Below are positions 38,901 through 51,395 of a stretch of 64,000 bases of DNA, piece by piece; the stretch's first letter is position 1, and each line of letters starts with the position of its first letter. Source of the stretch: Tubulanus polymorphus (taxonomy: Eukaryota; Animalia; Nemertea); contig NC_134028.1 in the NCBI RefSeq assembly GCF_964204645.1, forward strand, positions 19,041,653 to 19,105,652, in the 5' to 3' direction. Under the pieces are notes generated by a model, which was not told where the DNA came from, searched no databases, and worked only from the letters and a program-made list of their open reading frames with translations. The position numbers and the translations under genes were made by a program.

Positions 38901-39960
38901 ATTTGTATGGATTTCAAGCCAATTTACTAAAGCTATTTATAGTGATATTTTAGAAGTATAACAAACCTGTTAGGATCTGAATTAAATGAAATATATACCA
39001 ATATAAGAACATACCCTTTGATAGGCTTTCAGCAGCTTGAATTAGTAACGAATCGTCTATCCAGGTTGGATCAAGGTCTGATGGACAGGTTTCTGTTTTC
39101 ATACTTTCTTCTGTTCTTGCTGACACCTACAAAGAAAATTATATTTATACAGAAAAACATTCACTTTAAATCAGTAAATTTCAACATCACCAACTGATAC
39201 GAACATACCACTTGGTTATTTCTATCTAGTATGTACTGGCGAAACCATTTCATTGATTTGCTCGAGATATCTACTTCATTAGTCATTATCCATGGTTTAA
39301 CTGATCTGTAAGCTGCCTGGGCCTTGGACCGATCATGATCAGATCCAATTTGTGGGTCGGCTTCGAATATAAGATGTTGCTGGTACCATTCCCACATTTC
39401 TTTGAATTTGAATTTTCCCTGCCCGTAGAGACAATAATCTACATTCTTTTCTAAGTGCGATGACACTGGTGGGAAGTAATCCACATATTTGGCCAGAGAA
39501 TCTTTCAGCCACCCATCATTGATTTCGGAGATTTCGGCGGTACGCGTACTCACTATTTAGTATAACCCACATCGTTTTCGAGTAACCACTTGAATGATTT
39601 TCCATCGTACTTTCCGAATGTGATGATTAACTGGCCCAGGTATTGCTTTTCTAGGGGGTTCGACGTATACAGTGCACAACACCTTTTAGCTAGAACAAAT
39701 TAATCATACATAAAAGCTTATGCGGTATTTTTCACATCAAACTTGGAATGGCTATGAATTTAAATACAGACCTTCGTAAAAAGCTGTCTTTTTATTCTTA
39801 AGAGCGCTGTCATCAGAGAGAGAGAGAGAGATTGAACGCCCATTATGATGCTTATTTTTGGTTGACTTGGCCTCTCGTGTCGCTGTGAATACACACTGCT
39901 ATAATTTCACAGTTTTCTAAATACCTGGCTCTTAAAGCTAATAGTTTATTTCAAATGTTT
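35950..39960 (-). pseudogene. Multi-exon DUF6729-like putative DDE transposase
   Basis: N-term FGKYDGKSFKWLLENDVGY, then LKFDST / ICKKLSGSGRGTAEWCTNVGNE, MYVDRGCC, VRLDIFHWIHRF (DxxH) and RGSNSLESFH. Pieces are separated by short AT-rich GT-AG introns. Confidence 0.65.
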
Positions 39961-40329
39961 TGATAATTTCTTCAAAAAATGATCTCTTACAAATAAGCCA
40001 AAACCAAAACCAATCTACACTATCGCTAATTGAAAATAACATTTCTAGTTAAACATGATGAATGGTACACCACATCCTATAATATAACATATCTTTCATC
40101 GAAAAAGTGAATCGCCAATTTACAGTAATTTGTTTCATTCGATAACACTTTCGCAACAAATAAATTTCAAATAACATTTTCAATTCTACCAAAAATGTAA
40201 CCTTCGCATTTTTCAAGCCTGTGCTGAATTGCTGGCTTTGTGCAAATATCAGCAATCCTTTTATCTGTGCTACAGTATTCTTGTTGGACCTTTCCAATGT
40301 TCACTTCACCTCCAATGAAATGATATCTT

Positions 40330-41620
40330 ACATCAATGTGTTTAGACCTTTGATGGTTTACAGGGTTTTTTTTGACAATGCTATGGTCCCTTGATTATCG
40401 TCATATCAGAGCTGGACCGTACTCACAAGGCTTACAAATATCAATTTCATTCAACAATTGCGTCAAGTAAAGGCATTCATGAAATGCACTAGCTAACACC
40501 TTTATATTCTGACTCACAGGTCGAAAGAGCAAACGTTTGCTGTTTCTTCAATTTCGACGAAATAGGTGGACCATTTTTAGCCAAACTAAAGAAATATCCG
40601 GTTGCCCTTTTCCTGTGCCAACTTGCGTCACAGTAACCTATTAGTTTTAAATCTTTGTCACATTTTCTATAACACAATTCAAAATCTATAGTGCCCTTGA
40701 GATATCTAAGAACATTGTTTTACAGCAATCCAATGTTATTCAGTCGGGTTCGATAAATGTTGGGACAATTTTGTGACAATCCAGGATAAGTTCAGACGCC
40801 TACAAGTCATTGCATAGATTAGACTTCCGACTGCTTCCCGATATTTTGTGGGATCAAATTCTGGGACTTTTCATTGTGGAAGTCTAATTTCTGCTCACAT
40901 GGAGTGGCCCTTGATTTGTGTTTTCGAGATATATTTCGTTTGACCCATTTTTACAACACAGTCTGATTGCTCAAAGTCGATGCCCAAAAACAATGATAAT
41001 GCTCTTTCATCTTGAGATCTTTCAGATTGAATTTATCTTTGAGCATTGCTTTGTTTCATATGAACATATATCATCCCTTGCTGCGATCAGTTAATCGTCA
41101 ACCCAAATCAATAATTATGATAATTTTGTCACGAACTTTCTTTGTGTAAACACATGGGTCTACCAGTACAACATTCCAATTTCTTTGTTTTAAGCCATTA
41201 AGTGACTTATTTAATTAACACTTGCTTTTGACCATCTGGTCCTGATTCTTGGAATCCTTCCAGTTGTTCCATGTATATTCCATGATCGATAGGTGCTTTT
41301 AAGTACACAGTTTTTGCATCCATCTGGTGTAACTTAAGATTATAGTAAGCTGCTAATTGCATGACAGATTGTACTGAAGTCAATTTTTTGGTTGGAGCAA
41401 AAATTTCCTCGTAGACAATCCCTTTGAATTGACTTGACGTTTTGCTTCATATTTGACCTTTTACATAGAAGTGCCATTTGGGTTCTCTCTAATTGAGTAC
41501 ACCCATTTTCCACCCACAGGGGTACGACTTCCAGTACTATGGCTAATGGTTACTATTCAGAGAATTCATCTCATCCTTCAATGCTTCTGTCACCAACGGG
41601 ATCTTTGAATTTCGCTTGAG
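40330..41620 (-). mobile_element. Degenerate Ty1/copia RT-RNase H fragment
   Basis: HQMDAKTVYLKAPID, LIGYCDASW and KKQQTFALSTCESEY. Many frameshifts. Confidence 0.85.
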
Positions 41621-41624
41621 TGAG

Positions 41625-41897
41625 TGAAAATACCACAAACAGCCAAGAAAAAAAAAAGTCACTGCACGCAGAGTTCCGGTCTTCAGTGGTACTTTATTCA
41701 GCGAACTGATCTCAATGATCTAGATGGTTACAGCAGTCTCCCTCTACCGTCCAAAACAACTAGTATATATAGTTCACTTCTTAATTATCGAATCATTTAT
41801 GTCAAAAAGTTTGAGTTATCTTTTGCAGCAGCAGTTCTATTTATGAATCGAACTGCTTTGAAAATCAATAACATAAATCAATAATACCGCTGTCACA
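41625..41897 (-). mobile_element. 3' LTR of the env-bearing LTR retroelement
   Basis: Minus strand: polypurine tract GGAAGGGGGTATA immediately followed by TGTGACAG..., TATA-like tract, AATAAA, and a ...TTTTCA end (exact end uncertain by a few nt). Confidence 0.7.
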
Positions 41898-42383
41898 TAT
41901 ACCCCCTTCCGCAAAGGCCCTGTCCCCAGGGACCGAAATCGTGAAAAAAGTACATAAACGCATGTCAAGCAGGTTGAACCGTGACATAAGGTCCTCAAAG
42001 ATATTAGACAGGAAAAACCTATTTAGTCAATATAACAACACCAACACTAAAACACTAGCATGAAATGATAATGATTGTTCCACAATCCATGTCCACAATA
42101 CATAATAATACAAGTAACATAATACAAAGATAGATAAAAACAGCAAACTACCAAGACATTAAATACATCCAGAACAATGTTTATTTTTTTTTTCTTTACA
42201 TATTTTATAAGTCATCAAATTTCAACATAAAGCAACCGTTCTTTTCATCCTAAAGTTATTTTCATTTCACACACTTACATCCTTAAACATCAATATTATT
42301 TAATTACAATAATTACATTACAATTTCTGTACACACATAAATCAATCTAAAGGCAGCCTACATCAGAGTCACGTAAGAGGTTA

Positions 42384-43030
42384 CCGTATTTTCCGGTGTA
42401 TAAGTCGAGTTTTTGAGACCAAAAATCATGTCCATAAAACGTAGGTCGACTTACACACCGGCTACACTTTCGATATCGTTTTAAACTGACGACGTTTAGA
42501 GTTCAAGGTCGCCATGATGAAATGGAATATTAATTTATGTTAGGCTACACTCATATACCAATTAGAATTTAGGATGTTGATAAAAATAGTTTGGAAATGT
42601 TTCAAAATTAACTAATGTTAAAAATCAAAAGAGAAAGAAAACCGCGTATATTCATTGTACAGTGTTTATATAAGCCGCGATGCTGTGGCAGCGTGCCAAT
42701 AATCAATACGCAGTCAGTCTAATAATAGACTACAGGCACGCGGCATTCAACGTATACTCTATACATTCAACACGTGGATACAAACAATGAGCACTAATCC
42801 GGTAATTTAATATTAGAAACAACAGATCCCAATGATTTAATAATGCAATTAGTGGTAAAGACTCTCAACTACTATGAGAATGACATCGGCACTGTTTTCA
42901 ATGTGACATATGTAAACTTATGAAGAAGCGACTCGACTTATACACCGACTATAGCCCTAGCACAACTTTTTAAACTGAAAATTTGACCTCGACTTATACA
43001 CCGGGTCGACTTGTACACCGGAAAATATGG
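42384..43030. mobile_element. Tc2/pogo-like (Tc1/mariner superfamily) MITE
   Basis: TA|CCGTATTTTCCGGTGTATAAGTCGA ... TCGACTTGTACACCGGAAAATATGG|TA. Repeated sub-terminal TCGACTTATACACCG motifs. Confidence 0.88.
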
Positions 43031-43337
43031 TACTAGCACATTACGTGAAGGCCGAACTGGTCATCTGCACCCAGCCTCTCAAAACACTTCTGCACCGCAA
43101 GAGCTCTTATGCAGCCTAAACCCTCGCATAGATAAATACAACATTCAACATATAATATTTCATATCCCACTATAAGTTATTCACTTAAGTTCAAATACGC
43201 AGGCCTGTCATACACTTATTGCAAACATACAATCGAAATTGAGTACTCATTACGCCTCTTCATTTTAATATGCCTCATACTATAATTAATATATCTATTT
43301 ATTATCTTTTAATCCATTTCATATCAGTGTCTAATTA

Positions 43338-43906
43338 TCAAAATGATACATATATAGACATTGTCGCCAATGGCCAATCGCCCAACGGTATAACCGACTC
43401 GTTAACATTACAAATTTCTAGATAAATAACACAATGTAATTCAGATCGCTCAATACTACTCCACGGAGAGCAACATTTCAGGATCGCACAAATCAAACAA
43501 ACGATATCCATGATCAATACCCGTACAACCAAAAAGGAAACCAAAACAAATATGACTTCCAACATGGGAATATCTGCAAGGTCAAACCGTTCAGTTACAA
43601 CTTTAACCAAAACCGTTTTGTTGATACCCTTTTCAAGGGAATCTAGCATTAGTTCATACGATTTATTCGAGACGACGGTAAACGCCTTCTCTAGAGGCAG
43701 TGAAGTCGCAACTGCCATCATCCCCAAAACCTTCCTTGTTTTAATGAAGATAAATAGACACAATAGCATGCTAGCCGAAGACAGAGCAATGGCTACAATA
43801 TTTAGGAGACCTGGCGTATCGGAAATGGTCCATTCAAAGTCATCGCGAGACTCGTCTGACTTCGCAGCCAAGGTATCCGCCTTCGATGCATAAATAGCGG
43901 TATGAT
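43338..43906 (-). pseudogene. env C-terminal part (transmembrane anchor)
   Basis: Hydrophobic LLNIVAIALSSASMLLCLFIFI followed by KTRK. Joins in frame with the 46668+ segment once piggyBac E is removed. Confidence 0.75.
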
Positions 43907-43910
43907 TTAC

Positions 43911-46667
43911 CCCTCTAGTGCCCAGACCTAGTTTTAAACTGATAAAAAAATATTTGAGGTATTAAATTGATGGATCTGGACCCAAAAACCACAAAATTGT
44001 AGCCAAATGTAAAAAAAAAATCTTTGGCCCCCCTTTTTGGCAATATTGTAATATTGCAACAGCGGGCATTGAGGTTCACAAAAATGAAATAAAATTATTT
44101 TTTTTAACTTTCTGTTAGGCTAATACCAGAGAAATCAAACCTCAATATTTATTATAAATGCTAAGTTGACACTATATTGGAACATACAAACTGTAAAACA
44201 TAAGATTCAATGCCAGTTTATCATTTCTATCATACCAACTTGCGTACAGTCAAGATACCAACATACCAACTTGCGTACAGTATATCAGGGGTTGACTGTA
44301 TTCACCAAAACATTCTGATAGTAGATTACACATGAAACAGTTCCTGTCACCGCTAAAACACAATCGCATATTACATTTCTCACAGCCTTTTTTACACAGA
44401 ATGCACCGTCCTCTTTTTTCGAGCCTTGTTGGCCAGTGGCCAAATCCATCTTTCTGAACATCGGTAACAGGGCGAACGAACCAATTTCACTGGTTTGGGG
44501 GATTTTTCATCAGCCAGTGGCCTACCACTTTTTCTTTGCGCATTTTTCCAGATTAGAGCATTAGCAATTTTTGCTTGAAATCCCCTGTTATTCATCACTT
44601 CTTTCGAACTAGCCAAGAAGACGACAGTCTCTACGATAGAGCAGCCAGGCGTTGACTGCTGCTACCATGACGGAATGCCAAAATAGGTACAAGTACCATC
44701 TTCTCGATTTGATTCTAAATTTGTAAAGTGATGTACAACTATCCAGAAGATCTACGCCACCCATATAGGCATTGTACATCTTCACAATGTTCGGACGCTT
44801 CACCATAGCAAAGTCTTTTTTGCTTTAATCCCAACGTTTCACCTCATCAACAGGCTCAACCCTGATATATGATGACACCAATGTAACAGCCTTATTATCA
44901 GCCCACCTCACAGCCACCACCTGAGAATTTGTCTCCACAGCCTCATCATAGGAGCCCCTGCCTTTTTTCAAGACCTCTTTTTCTGACAGCAGTGGGCAAT
45001 TAGGTTATCTGTTTTTTCGAATTGTACCAATGAAATGTATACCCATTGAACGCAATGCAACAATGAGCCCCAAACCAGTAAAATAGTTATCGGCGAAAAC
45101 TTAGTAATTCTTATGTTGTGGTAGTGATTTACAGTCACCACATCACCACCGACGCCAAGCGCTGAACGTGTGCCACGACCACCCTGATATATATCGAAGT
45201 TATAGAGAATACCAGATATGCCAGTTCTGGCCCAAATCTTTATGCCCCACTTATGTGGCTTGTTCTTTATGTATTGGCGTATGGAGTAATATTTCCCCTT
45301 GAAGGCCACCATAATTTCATCAACGGAATTATGTTCTTCCGTTTTCACTTTTAGACAATTATGTCGTAATGCGTCCAACCAGTTGCGAATTTTCCATGCT
45401 TTATCCTTTTTCTGTTGATCAGTTGCAGTTTCATTGTCAACATAATGCAAAATTCGACGTGCCATTACATCTGCAACTGGTCCAAAACGAGTCTCCTGTT
45501 CCCAATACATTCTGACAGATGGCATTTTGACCAGGCCCATCAGTAAATACATGCCTGAAACTTGCTCAAGTTCTTTGGTTGTCAAATTAACTACAGTTCC
45601 ATTCTTCTGGATACTATATACATTCGAAAACTGCACTACAACCTCAAGCATGTTTCGAGGTATAAACCGACTGAAATATTCATATGGTGTCTCGACAGAT
45701 TCTGATGATGGTGTCAAATTGTTATCCGTGAACGTTGTATCAGTCAGCTGAAGACTTGCACCTTTGCGCCAGCGATATGAAGTACTGGTTTTTGATTGGG
45801 TACTGGTACCAGGTTGAGGAACTAGATTACCCAAGGGCTCATCATCTGAGGTATCGAACCCATCATCATCGCCGTCGTCAGCACTATCTGAATGATCATG
45901 TGTCAAACCCACCTCTGGCCCATATTCATCATCACTTTCCTCATCTAACTCACTCGACTCACTATCATTACCATCATCAAGGGCTTCTAGGACATCAAGT
46001 ACAGATTTATATTTACTTCTTCTAGACATAATCATCCTGAAAAATATAATGAATCTCGGTGTTACCAGACATGTTGAAATAAATAGATTTTTTTTTACAA
46101 TATCGCCGTCAATTTTCCAAGTTGATGTATTTTTTCCAAGGCTCATTGATGTATTTGCTATCTGAAATAATGATACCATGGACTACTATAGTTTAATTTA
46201 CCAATCAATGCTTTACAAATATTAAAATCCAATTCCAAAAATTTGATTGAATTGAACTTGAAATTTCCTCAAATGCCTGTTGTTGTAATATTACAAACAC
46301 CGATTTTAGCCCTCCCCTCACATACAAGTCATGCATAATTTTTTACTGTGAATACGTTCTTAACGTTCTTTATACATTTAATTTCAATATTAACTGGTAT
46401 AAAACTATGATACATACCACTATCTTGGTAAATTCCAGTCTTCAAAAGTCCAAATTTCTGTGACCAGCTCGTGAAAAATTCCAGCTCACACTTCCTGGTT
46501 AGTTCATGCTACTACCGTTAACCGGCGCCACTATACGGTTGTTATATTACAACTACGGGTTTTAGAGGTCATTTAACAGAAAAATTAATATTTTTCAACG
46601 AAGATTAGGACCATGGGCCAGGTGCCCAAAATACTGTTGTAATATCACAACAGTGGGCACTAGAGGG
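43911..46667 (-). mobile_element. Full-length but degenerate piggyBac, element E, inserted in env
   Basis: 14-bp TIR CCCTCTAGTGCCCA / TGGGCACTAGAGGG, flanks TTAC / TGAC. Transposase from ATG 46035 (SVDEIM, FADNYF, YMGGVDLLD, CRD) with frameshifts and stops. Confidence 0.93.
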
Positions 46668-48110
46668 TGACCATCCTTTTAAAATCCAAAGAAAACTTTT
46701 TATCATTATCAACTAGACCCGACCAGTTAGCCATGTTTAACTTAAAATGAGGGAGTTCCGTTTTTATGGGATCTGTAACTGTAGTTCTCCCAAAAATATT
46801 GTCCAGCTGTTCCTGGTTATAAATTTGCGATACTACTGGGAGATTCATGCTATAATATTTAACAGGTGCCACATCACCCGCACAAGCCGAAATTTGTGGG
46901 CTAAGTTCAAAAGTGTTAGATGTTAATCGGCACTTGCACGGCACTGATAACAAACAAAACAGACAACTTTTAATTGCCTGGACTGGTTTCCCTGGACAGG
47001 TCAAATCCCATGTCGCTGGCTTTCCCGACATCAAGTATAAACTGTCTTTAACCTGCACTACACCCCCGAACTACGCAGCGTCGGCTCGTACCTGATATCA
47101 CACAATTGCGATACCAACTTAGACTCGTCCCTAGAAATTGCTAATGCGCAACTGAGAATATTTTGCGACTTCATCGACATCGCAGTGGAGGAAGATTTCA
47201 AATATTTGCCTGAGCATGAAGAATAGAATTTGGACAATAGCTCAGTATAAAACTGGCCATCGTCAGTTATACCAAAATAATCAGGTAACCCAGTTAACAA
47301 CGTACTGCGAGTCGACGAGGAATTGCATGGGAAAAACCATCACGTTGTATAAGCTGAAGAAGGCGTTGGTCGAGGATAAAGGAATATTGATGGTAATAAA
47401 TTATTATTTGTTTTCGTGAAAACAATATCCTGTACCTGATAAAACCCTAGCTCGTTATGCTGGATGGTGAAATCAACAAACTTGGCCTGTAACTCTTTTC
47501 GCACGTGTTGCAAGACCCTTTTTAAATCTTTCGGGGATACAAACTTCATGGGTAGATAGCCCTCTGAAAGAGTCTGAGTTCCTAAAATCCATTGTTGCGT
47601 TGTTCGTGTTTAATCGATCATGGATTGATAGTCAAGCATTAATTGCTTGATAACTAGTAAAATTAATCTATTGAAATATCCTTGGTTTTGAAAATTAGCC
47701 GCAACATCTTTTGCCAACTGGTCCATATTACTAGAATTATTCTTTACCCCAGCGACAATGTTGGCTATGCGAGCATCCGCAGAAGACATATACGAAATCA
47801 GGTCGTCTGAAATTGTTTTTATTTGCTTCGTATTTAACTTTGCCATATTCTCCACGTCAGTGATGTCCTTGAAAGCTTTGCGAGATCCTCATCGGTTGCT
47901 AAGCCAAAGAGGTTTTTCATAAACTTCCCCATAAATGGGGCCAAAGCTCTCTTTGGGCGTTTCGACTTGGTTATCTCGGCTTTAGTTATAGTTACTGGAA
48001 TGAGATCTTTGATTGTATTAATATCTTTGACTATCTGACCAACCAATTCGTTAAGGTGATCCCTCATAGAGGACATCAAATTGGTACCGACCTTAAAAAG
48101 TTCATCCCTG
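46668..48110 (-). pseudogene. env ectodomain (baculovirus F / errantivirus Env-like class I fusion protein), frameshifted
   Basis: Furin site RPKR followed by fusion peptide ALAPFMGKFMKNLFGLATDED, heptad region, LSEGYLPMKFVSPKDL, and Cys cluster CLFCLLSVPCKCRL. Confidence 0.8.
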
Positions 48111-48192
48111 CCTTTATGTTGACTAACAGCCATCATCAGGTGGAATGCAGCCATCATCAGCCCTCATCTGTTGACTAACAGCCATCATCATT

Positions 48193-48236
48193 CCACCTGA
48201 TGATGGCTGTTAGTCAACAGCCGAAACGTGGTTTCG
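48193..48236 (+). ncRNA. Hammerhead ribozyme-like motif (Penelope pLTR relic)
   Basis: CCAC-CTGATGA-T-GGCTGTT-AGTC-AACAGCC-GAAA-CGTGG: core plus a 7-bp stem II. AATAAA follows. The cleavage-site region looks degenerate. Confidence 0.65.
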
Positions 48237-48294
48237 TAATAATAAATTTGATCGTATAATTTCAAATTCGAAGTGTGGGATTTCTTCATTTATG

Positions 48295-51040
48295 TTACCC
48301 TTTCTTTTATTCCCATGTTTGGCCAGTTTATGTGCCATGTCACACACGACCATTGTCGGTTGGTGTTTCATCGATAATATCACGTCGACATGGTCCCTTA
48401 CACTTTCACCCCTTAATAGGAATTTAAGTCCGTACACAACTCGATGTGGACAACTTGCCGCTTACCAACCACCTGTGAGATAAACAATTACTTTTAACAC
48501 ATATAACTGGTGACTTGCGGTGACTCCTCCAAGTATGGATGCTATGTTTTTGCGGCATTTAATATTTCTTACCAGAGGATCCCCACAGCTTAACGAATTT
48601 TTTCACCATTTCTTGCTTTCCAAAAATATGCTGCTGCAATCTTTTGATATTATCAAGTTTAGACCCTATCGATGATAACCCAATACTTGTGCATACTTTC
48701 TTAATTTCCTTCAGTGGGAACTAAAATGGAAAATAGAATGAAAAGATGAAGATAAATGAACAATAACTTAATAAAACGAAAATATGGATGCGTTTGCTTA
48801 CCTCTTTATCGTACATGTACTCCAAAATATGCTTCGCAGTCAATGTGCATTCATCAAGGGATTCGCATGACGACACTGATTCTTCATCTGGGATTTTTTT
48901 GTGCTCGGTGTTAAATGCACAATTGTCGCCACGGCTTTTTCCTAGCCATGGCGCCCAATTATCGTAGCTTGCTTCTACGTTATACGTCGATCTCTCACGA
49001 CCTGCATACAGATATACCAATATCATTGTAACATTTTTAAATATGAGATCGAAAATATTTGTATTTAGGTTAAAGATATTTTTTACCTTACACGAAACCA
49101 TTTGCTAAGCATTCATCTTCAATTCTTCCAAAAATGCGTCCATATCAATCAGATCGGAAGGATTTTGAGGCTTTGGTAGATCATTTGCTGAAACAAATTA
49201 AAACATTAACTCTTAATTAATTGTCTACAAAAATATGGAAATTCCTAACAAATTAAGTAAACTGTTGTATTACCATTTGTGCGAAAAGCACAAATGGTAA
49301 TAAATGCTTCACCATTCGAGATGTGTCGAATGATAGTATGGCAGGATGTATACCGCATAAGACACAGGTAAAATCATAGGAATGATCCGACAAACTTTCA
49401 AAATGCATGTACGCTTTGAGAACTTGCTGCTTCACAATCTTCGTTTTGGTGAAGTATTCAAGAGAAGCAGTAACTTGTCCAACTGCCGTGTGCGACTGTA
49501 AAACAAATTGAACTTTTAGACACATTTCTAAACACTATTCATGTGATTCTTTACTAAAGTTTGATCGAGTAACTTACGAGTAACTTGAGCTCTGATCCAT
49601 AGACATAGCCATATTGTAAAGAAACAACTGTCATCAAAATTGTGAAGCCCTTCGTCATATTCTTGGTATCGAAACCAACGATTGCACGCAATACATTTAT
49701 GTACGTAAACTGCAACGTCTAAAGAATTAAGAATGATATTGAGCACAGATGAAAAATATTCGGTGATAAGTCAAACAAAGCGAGAAGTCAAGTCAAACAT
49801 AAGTATTTACCTGTATGTACTTTAAGGAGATCTATAATTTTCCCTTTAGTTGTGAATAGCACATTGACTAAATCACTGCCGCATTGACATTTCAACTCTT
49901 TTGGTTTTATCACCTTTGTACTTCTCGTCGGCGGAGTGATTGGTAGAGTTTTCGGAATTTTCTTATTGGTTTTGAGAAATGCGATCAACTGTTGAAGAGC
50001 TTCACCATTAGGTGGATACGTATTATTGTGCTGAGTAACACTTTCGGTCGCAGGACAGGTAACACTTTCGGTCGCAGGACAGGGCTCTGTAGCAGGTTCG
50101 TTGTCTGAAAATGCGATTTTGGATTGCCGGAGGAACCATTTTGCAATGGCTTGTGTATACATCCTCTCTGGCACGTTGTACAGCGACAGTTAAGTTGAGA
50201 CGATAATAAGTCAAATGTAACAATACAGCGCCCAAAATGAGCCCAGGATGTGATATATATATATCGACATATGCGTAAAGCGCTCACTGGTTTTCATTAC
50301 TGATAGTAAAGGCACACCATCCATGTTTGCTGATTGGTAGATTTTTTGGGCTTCGTTTTTTCGAATTTTCACTTATGATCTTTCTATTTACAAGTTCGCT
50401 GAGATATCTTTCGTTAAGAGCTATGGAGCCAGGTTTTATGGCATAATTAGTACTCTTTGTATGGTCGCAGATGAATGTCGAATTACCTGCGCGAACTGTT
50501 GCCAACATAAACTCTGAACAAGAATTTTCCTCCCATTCAATTTGTGCAGGCGGTGCTGTGCGATATAGTACATGGAGCGGATATCAGGGGCCATGCAAAT
50601 TTTTTCTAACCATGAATAGTCCTTGTTTAGTATCAACACAAACACCTTCGTGACGACGCGCGTTGTTTATTATTTCGAATGTGTTGCAATATGCGCTTTC
50701 AAATTACGTTTATAGCGTATCACAGTGCCACATATTTCACAAGTAACATTATCGGTGCGTCCATGAGTACGAGATATGGCTGCAATCTCTGGTTGGATGT
50801 CAACAACAACGGGAGCCATCGCATGGGATGCTGAAGATACGGCTGCAGTCTCTGGTTGGATGTCGACACGGGATGTTGAGGACTCTGATGCTGCAACATT
50901 TTCATATTTTTCGATGTGGCTGATGAATTTTTCTTTTCGCGTCACTGAGTCGTTACAAATAGGACAGTGATAATGTCTGTTTCTGCTCAGTGATGTCCCG
51001 TCACATTCAAAGTGACAAGAAAGCACCAGTAAACCTGTAA
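48295..51040 (-). pseudogene. Multi-exon HMGXB3-like / KDZ-family transposase with C2H2, SWIM and CxC clusters
   Basis: HYHCPIC..H, CEIC...H..TH, CRC....GCIH SWIM, YQEYDEGLHNFDD, YDFTCVLCGIHPAIL and CPHRVVYGLKFLLRGESVRDHVD...VVCDMA (HMGXB3-type). GT-AG introns, stops. Confidence 0.78.
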
Positions 51041-51088
51041 TTTAAGTAAAGGTAACGTCATATACGTAAACATTGGTGATGTGAAAAT

Positions 51089-51395
51089 AAGCATTTGATA
51101 AGGCACAACATCAGCCATTACTTAACAGGCTATTAGGAAACAGTATCAATGATAGGTCGCCCAAATGGCTCAGCAGTTATCTCTGAACGAAAACCTGTAG
51201 CCGAAATCAACGGAACGCCTCATCTTGGAATAAGTCGGTCTAACTAGTGGAGTCATGCAAGGTAGTATCCTAAGTAGTCTTCTGTTTAATGTCCTGGCAA
51301 ATGACATACACAGTAATCCAAAACATATCAGACCGAGTAAATTTCCAAAACGACCTTAACACACTGTTCGACCAAAAAACTTAATGTTCCGACAA
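51089..51395 (+). repeat. Duplicate of 15442-15746 (RT relic segment)
   Basis: Direct alignment by eye, near-identical. Confidence 0.85.

Noticed and set aside
46036-46179. N-terminal 48 aa of the 403-aa ORF
   Set aside because: It lies upstream of a splice acceptor. The transposase more plausibly starts at ATG 46035 or 46029.
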